Shown: positions 23,955-28,625 of the stretch, piece by piece
Layout of the letters: each line of letters starts with the position of its first letter
How positions within the stretch are numbered: position 1 is the stretch's first letter
Source: an uncultured delta proteobacterium
Lineage (GTDB): Bacteria; Desulfobacterota; Syntrophia; Syntrophales; UBA2192
Direction: 5' to 3'
Length of the DNA stretch: 28,625 nucleotides
Assembly (NCBI GenBank): GCA_963705165.1
Contig: CAVPJD010000006.1
Coordinates: forward strand, 1 to 28,625
Notes under the pieces: model-generated
Told to the model about the DNA's origin: nothing
Database searches by the model: none
Seen by the model: the letters and a program-made list of their open reading frames with translations, nothing else
Program-made: the position numbers and the translations under genes

Positions 23955-25232
23955 ATGTCCTATGAATTTTTCGTCAGCCTCCGGTACCTCCGGGCCCGGA
24001 GGAAACAGGTCTTCGTTTCCATCATCACCTTCATCTCCATGGCGGGTATCCTGCTGGGGGTGGCGGCGCTCATCATCGTGCTCGCCGTGATGAATGGCTT
24101 CGAGAAGGAGCTTCGAGACAAGATCCTGGGGATCAACGCCCACATCATCCTCATGGAGTACACGGGCCCCATGAAGGATCACGAACGGGTCAAGGCACAG
24201 ATCACCGGCATCCCCGGGGTCGTGGCCTCGACCCCCTTTATCTACAGCCAGGCCATGCTCAAAAACGGCGACAGCATCAGCGGCATCGTGCTGCGGGGCC
24301 TCTCGCCGGGGGATGCCCGGGACGTGATCAACCTGGGCCGCATGATGGAGGGACGCCTGGAGAACCTCTCCGCGCAGGGACGCTCGGAGATGCGGCTTCC
24401 GAAACCCCTGGCCGATGTCCCCGGCATCGTGCTCGGCAAGGAGCTGGCGCGCCGCGTGGGCGCCTTCCTCCACGACACGGTCCACATCGTCTCCCCCCAG
24501 GGGATCGCCACCCCCATGGGGATGGTGCCGCGGATGAAGAAGTTCGTCGTCGTGGGCATCTTCGAGTCGGGCTTCTACGAGTACGACTCGACGCTGGCCT
24601 ACATCTCGCTCGCGGACAGCCAGGAGTTTCTCGGCCTGGGCGACCAGGTCACGGGCATCGAAATCAAGATCAACGACATCTATCAGGCAAGAGAGATCGC
24701 CGGGGCGATCGAGAAGAAACTGGGGTACCCGTACTGGGCGAGGGACTGGATGAAGATGAACCGCAACCTCTTTGCGGCCCTTCGCCTGGAGAAGCGGGTG
24801 ATGTTCATCATCGTGGGACTCATCGTGCTCGTGGCGGGCTTCAACATCATCTGCACGCTCATCATGGTCGTCATGGAGAAGACGAAGGACATCGCCATCC
24901 TCAAGTCCATGGGCGCCTCTGCGAAGAGCATCATGAAAATATTCATGCTCCAGGGGGTCATCATCGGGGGCATCGGGACGCTCCTGGGAACCCTCACGGG
25001 GCTCACGGTCGCCTGGAACATCGGGCCCATCACCCGGTCCATCGAGAATCTCTTCGGGTTCAAGATCCTGCCCGGGGACGTCTACTACCTGAGCGAGCTG
25101 CCGGCGCTCGTCAACTACGAAGATGTGGCGATCATTGTCGCGGGCAGCCTCATCGTCAGCCTGCTGGCGACGATCTACCCGGCCCGGAACGCTTCCAGGC
25201 TTGATCCCGCGGAGGCAATCCGGTATGAGTAA
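23955..25232 (+). CDS. lolE: Lipoprotein-releasing ABC transporter permease (LolC/E family)
   Basis: LRYLR, GVAALI.VLAVMNGF, DW...N.NLF.AL.LEK, V.EK..DIAILK.MGA, VYY...LP, TIYPA..AS...PAE..RYE. Confidence 0.94.
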   Translation: MSYEFFVSLRYLRARRKQVFVSIITFISMAGILLGVAALIIVLAVMNGFEKELRDKILGINAHIILMEYTGPMKDHERVKAQITGIPGVVASTPFIYSQAMLKNGDSISGIVLRGLSPGDARDVINLGRMMEGRLENLSAQGRSEMRLPKPLADVPGIVLGKELARRVGAFLHDTVHIVSPQGIATPMGMVPRMKKFVVVGIFESGFYEYDSTLAYISLADSQEFLGLGDQVTGIEIKINDIYQAREIAGAIEKKLGYPYWARDWMKMNRNLFAALRLEKRVMFIIVGLIVLVAGFNIICTLIMVVMEKTKDIAILKSMGASAKSIMKIFMLQGVIIGGIGTLLGTLTGLTVAWNIGPITRSIENLFGFKILPGDVYYLSELPALVNYEDVAIIVAGSLIVSLLATIYPARNASRLDPAEAIRYE

Positions 25233-25917
25233 GGCGGCAAGCGGCCGGATCGAGATCCGGAATCTCAGCAAGACGTACATGATGGACGGCTCCCGGATCG
25301 ACGCCTTGAAGGGGGTCAACCTCGACATCGTCCGGGGCGACTCGCTTGCCATCCTCGGCGTCTCGGGGGCGGGAAAGAGCACGCTGCTGCACATCCTGGG
25401 GACGCTGGATCACCCGACGGAGGGGAGCTTCCTCTACGACGGCATGAGCATCTTCGAATGGGACGAGAGAAAGCTGGCGGACTTCCGCAACCGCAAGGTG
25501 GGATTTGTCTTCCAGTTCCACCACCTGCTGCCGGAGTTTACGAGCCTCGAGAACACCATGATGCCGGCGCTCATCGCAGGGTTCTCTCGAGTCGAGGCGC
25601 GCAGGAAGGCCGAGGCCATCCTCGACGAGGTGGGGCTCACCGAGCGAAGGGTCCACAAGCCCGGGGAGCTCTCGGGCGGCGAGCAGCAGCGGGTGGCCGT
25701 GGCAAGGGCCCTTGTGATGGAACCCGAGATGCTTCTGGCCGACGAGCCGACGGGCAACCTCGACACGGAAACGGGGACGCGGATCCACGAGATGCTCGTG
25801 AACCTGAACCGCACCCGGAGCATCACGCTGGTCGTGGTCACCCACAACCAGTCGCTGGCAGACCGCATGGCCCGCTGCATCGGGCTTCGTGACGGAAAAA
25901 TCGTGAAGGGTGAGTGA
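25225..25917 (+). CDS. lolD: Lipoprotein-releasing ABC transporter ATP-binding protein
   Basis: GVSGAGKST, GFVFQFHHLLPEF, LSGGEQQRVA, ADEPTGNLD; start ATG 25225 overlaps the lolE end. Confidence 0.95.
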   Translation: MSKAASGRIEIRNLSKTYMMDGSRIDALKGVNLDIVRGDSLAILGVSGAGKSTLLHILGTLDHPTEGSFLYDGMSIFEWDERKLADFRNRKVGFVFQFHHLLPEFTSLENTMMPALIAGFSRVEARRKAEAILDEVGLTERRVHKPGELSGGEQQRVAVARALVMEPEMLLADEPTGNLDTETGTRIHEMLVNLNRTRSITLVVVTHNQSLADRMARCIGLRDGKIVKGE

Positions 25918-25918
25918 C

Positions 25919-28567
25919 ATGAGACGATCGGGAAAAAACTTCGCCCTGGCCCTGTTGCTGCTCTTCGCCTGCCTTCTGGCCGCCCCGCTCGAGGCCGCCG
26001 CGCAGAGGATCGCCGTATTCCCCTTCGACGTATACAGCGAACGGGATGCCACCCTTTTGCGAAACGCCATCTACAACAGCATGACCCTGGAGCTCGGCAA
26101 GATCCGTACGATCCAGATCGTCCCGAGGGAGCAGTTCGCCCCGCTCATGAGCGGAAAGACGATCGACGAGGCTTTGGCGCTCTCCGTCGGAAAGCAGATC
26201 CGGGCCGACTATGTGATCCTGGGAAGCCTCACCCAGCTCGGCAACCGCGTGAGCCTCGACGCCAAGGCCGTCACCGTGGAAACGGGCGCCGTGATCACGG
26301 GGCTCTTCGCCCAGGGCGCGGGGATCGAAAACACGGGGGCCTTCGCGGCGCAGCTCGCCCGGGACATCCTCGCCAGGGTTTCCGGCACACAGGTCATCGC
26401 CCGGATCGATCTGACGGGCAACCGGCGGATCGAAAACACCGTCATCTACAACGTCCTCAAGGGCGCGAAGGGCAAGCTCTACTCCGAGGAGGACCTCTCG
26501 TCCGACATCCGGGCCATCTACCGGACGGGCTACTTCACGGACGTGAAGGCCGATGTGACGGACAGCGCCGACGGCAAGGTGATCACCTTCATCCTGGAGG
26601 AGCGCCCCTTCGTCAACGAAATCCGGATCAAGGGAAACGATGCCGTCAAGGCCGACGACATCCGCGGGGTCCTCTCCTTCAAGATCAAGCAGGCCTACAA
26701 CCCCGACCGCATCAAGGCCGACGCGGACAAGATCAAGGCGCTCTACGACGACAAGGGCTACTACAACGCCGAGATCTCCTTCACGACGGAGAAAGCCAGG
26801 GAACGGGACGTCAACGTCATCATCGACATCAAGGAAAACGAACTGCTCTACGTGAAGAGCATCGAATTCACGGGCAACCAGGCCTTCACGAACAAGGAGC
26901 TGAAGGCCCTCCTGGAGACCTCCGAGTGGACCGTCCTTTCCTTCATCACGGACTCGGGCGTCCTCAAGAAGGAAAAGCTCAGGGAGAGCCTCAACCGGGT
27001 GAAGGTCTTCTACATGAACAACGGCTACATCCAGTCCCAGGTGGGAGAGCCGGAGATCACGCACGACAAGAAGTGGATCTATATCCGGATCCCCGTCTCC
27101 GAGGGCAGGCAATTCAAGGTCGGAAAGGTGGAAATCACGGGCGACACGATCTCGGTGCCGCGGGAGGAACTCCTCGACAAGCTCAACATCAAGAAAAAGG
27201 ACTATTACGACCGGGAGGCCATCGCAAAGGACCTCGAGTACCTCACGCGGATGACCCACAACGACGGCTATGCCTACGCCGAGATCAACCCCAAGACCCA
27301 GACGAAAGAAGCGGAACAGAAGGTCGACATCAACTACGACATCAAGAAGGGCAATCTCGTCTATTTCAACCGGATCAACGTCTCCGGCAATACGAAGACC
27401 CGCGACAAGGTCATCCGCCGGGAGATGGCCTTCACGGAAGGGGATCTCTACAACAGCGACAAGCTGAAGAGCAGCTACGCCCGGCTCAACCGGCTCCGCT
27501 ACTTCGAGGAAGTGAATTTTCAGACCGCCAAGGGGCCCGACGAGAACCTGACGGACATCAACATCAACGTCAAGGAGCGCCCCACGGGGATGTTCTCGAT
27601 CGGCGCCGGCTACAGCGGCCAGGACGGCGCCATGCTCATGGCCCAGATCGCCCAGCAGAACCTCTTCGGCCGGGGGCAGAGCCTGAGCCTCCAGGGGACC
27701 TTGGGAACGGTAAATAACACCATCAACCTGTCTTTCACGGAACCGTACCTCTTCGACCTGCCCCTCTGGATGAAGACCGACATATGGTCGCTCACACACT
27801 CCTACGACACGTACAATCTCGCCTCGAAGGGTGCGGGCCTCATGTTCGGATACCCCATCTGGGAAAGGATCACCGGCTATATCGGGTACCGGTATTCGGT
27901 GAACGACGTGAAGGACATCCTGTTTACGGCCCCCCAGGAGGTCAAGGACCAGGCGGGCGTGACGACCACGAGCGGCGTCATATTGGCCCTGTCCCGCGAC
28001 ACGACGGACGACCAGATGTTCCCGACAACGGGCAGCCGCCACCGGGCCGACGTCAACCTGACGGGGACCATTTTCGGCGGCGACAACGCCTACGGGAAAT
28101 ACAATTACGGCGCGTCGTGGTTCTTCAAGGTCCCGCCCTTCGGAGAAGACCTCGTCTTCTCGCCCCGGTGGCGCATCGGCTATATCCAGCCCTTTGAGGA
28201 AAAGGAGATCCCCGTCTGGGAGCTCTACCTCCTCGGGGGGATCAACTCCATCCGGGGCCTGAAGGACGTGGGGCCGGTAGACCCCGCAACGGGCGCCGTC
28301 ATCGGCGGCAACAGGATGCTGCTCTTCAACTTCGAGTTCGTCTTCCCCATCGTCAAGAATGCAGGCATGAAGGGGGTCGTTTTCTTCGACACGGGCAATT
28401 CCTGGAACGACAAGTACGACCTCGGGGACATGAGGAAAACGGCAGGCGCGGGGATCCGCTGGTACTCGCCCGTCGGGCCGCTGCGCCTCGAGTGGGGCTA
28501 CGTCCTGGACCCCAAGCCCGGGGAGCCGGCCTACCGCTGGGACTTCACGATGGGGTGGACGATGTAA
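25919..28567 (+). CDS. bamA: Outer membrane protein assembly factor with an extra N-terminal domain
   Basis: Signal peptide, five POTRA repeats (I...GN...), GN.KTRD.VIRRE, NLFG.GQ, LGG..SIRG, GAGIRW.SP.GPLR; start ATG 25919 or GTG 25910. Confidence 0.96.
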   Translation: MRRSGKNFALALLLLFACLLAAPLEAAAQRIAVFPFDVYSERDATLLRNAIYNSMTLELGKIRTIQIVPREQFAPLMSGKTIDEALALSVGKQIRADYVILGSLTQLGNRVSLDAKAVTVETGAVITGLFAQGAGIENTGAFAAQLARDILARVSGTQVIARIDLTGNRRIENTVIYNVLKGAKGKLYSEEDLSSDIRAIYRTGYFTDVKADVTDSADGKVITFILEERPFVNEIRIKGNDAVKADDIRGVLSFKIKQAYNPDRIKADADKIKALYDDKGYYNAEISFTTEKARERDVNVIIDIKENELLYVKSIEFTGNQAFTNKELKALLETSEWTVLSFITDSGVLKKEKLRESLNRVKVFYMNNGYIQSQVGEPEITHDKKWIYIRIPVSEGRQFKVGKVEITGDTISVPREELLDKLNIKKKDYYDREAIAKDLEYLTRMTHNDGYAYAEINPKTQTKEAEQKVDINYDIKKGNLVYFNRINVSGNTKTRDKVIRREMAFTEGDLYNSDKLKSSYARLNRLRYFEEVNFQTAKGPDENLTDININVKERPTGMFSIGAGYSGQDGAMLMAQIAQQNLFGRGQSLSLQGTLGTVNNTINLSFTEPYLFDLPLWMKTDIWSLTHSYDTYNLASKGAGLMFGYPIWERITGYIGYRYSVNDVKDILFTAPQEVKDQAGVTTTSGVILALSRDTTDDQMFPTTGSRHRADVNLTGTIFGGDNAYGKYNYGASWFFKVPPFGEDLVFSPRWRIGYIQPFEEKEIPVWELYLLGGINSIRGLKDVGPVDPATGAVIGGNRMLLFNFEFVFPIVKNAGMKGVVFFDTGNSWNDKYDLGDMRKTAGAGIRWYSPVGPLRLEWGYVLDPKPGEPAYRWDFTMGWTM

Positions 28568-28573
28568 ACAATT

Positions 28574-28603
28574 GGCTTAAGGCGTAAGGCTAAAGGCATA
28601 AGG
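28574..28603 (+). repeat. Period-7 arm (GGCTTAA family) after the bamA stop; any partner arm lies beyond the window
   Basis: GGCTTAA GGCGTAA GGCTAAA GGCATAA GG. Confidence 0.85.
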
Positions 28604-28625
28604 AAATTTTGAATAAATCTTGTTC

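Noticed and set aside
19845..28042. Very long antisense ORFs (19845-22025, 22028-23854, 23925-25394, 25838-28042)
   Set aside because: Mirror frames of well-supported genes on the opposite strand.
5754..28603. Reading the intergenic repeats as CRISPR or other guide-RNA arrays
   Set aside because: Units are 7-9 nt, contiguous and degenerate, with no unique spacers and no cas-like genes nearby.

Overview
GC-rich bacterial chromosomal segment; gene content and order suggest an anaerobic deltaproteobacterium (Desulfobacterota, Syntrophales-like; inference). Left end: a partial molybdopterin oxidoreductase gene diverges from a Tat-exported, selenocysteine-containing formate dehydrogenase-N-type operon (fdnGHI; UGA 1729-1731 plus SECIS), whose leader holds a Moco/Tuco riboswitch lacking P3. 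Then come an isochorismatase-family hydrolase, an RlmI-like methyltransferase, fdhE, nth, a lipoprotein/LysM pair, a cysteine synthase-CysRS-like fusion broken by a +1 frameshift, DUF1178, tRNA-Pro(CGG), a sigma54-preceded orphan pilC, and the core blocks UDP-GlcA decarboxylase-rfaE1-DUF4416-yicC-gmk-rpoZ-pyrF-rlmB (minus) and lysS-lolE-lolD-bamA (plus). The most striking unexplained signal is non-coding. Most intergenic gaps carry short degenerate tandem repeats of period 7, 8 or 9 from several unrelated families. Nine are inverted arm pairs around a short loop, five are lone arms just after stop codons, and one spacer is a four-family mosaic. Some arms supply the stop codon of the neighbouring gene, and two distant copies share loop sequence. 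A separate ~124-bp palindromic MITE/REP-like element is also present. No CRISPR array, transposase or prophage gene was seen.
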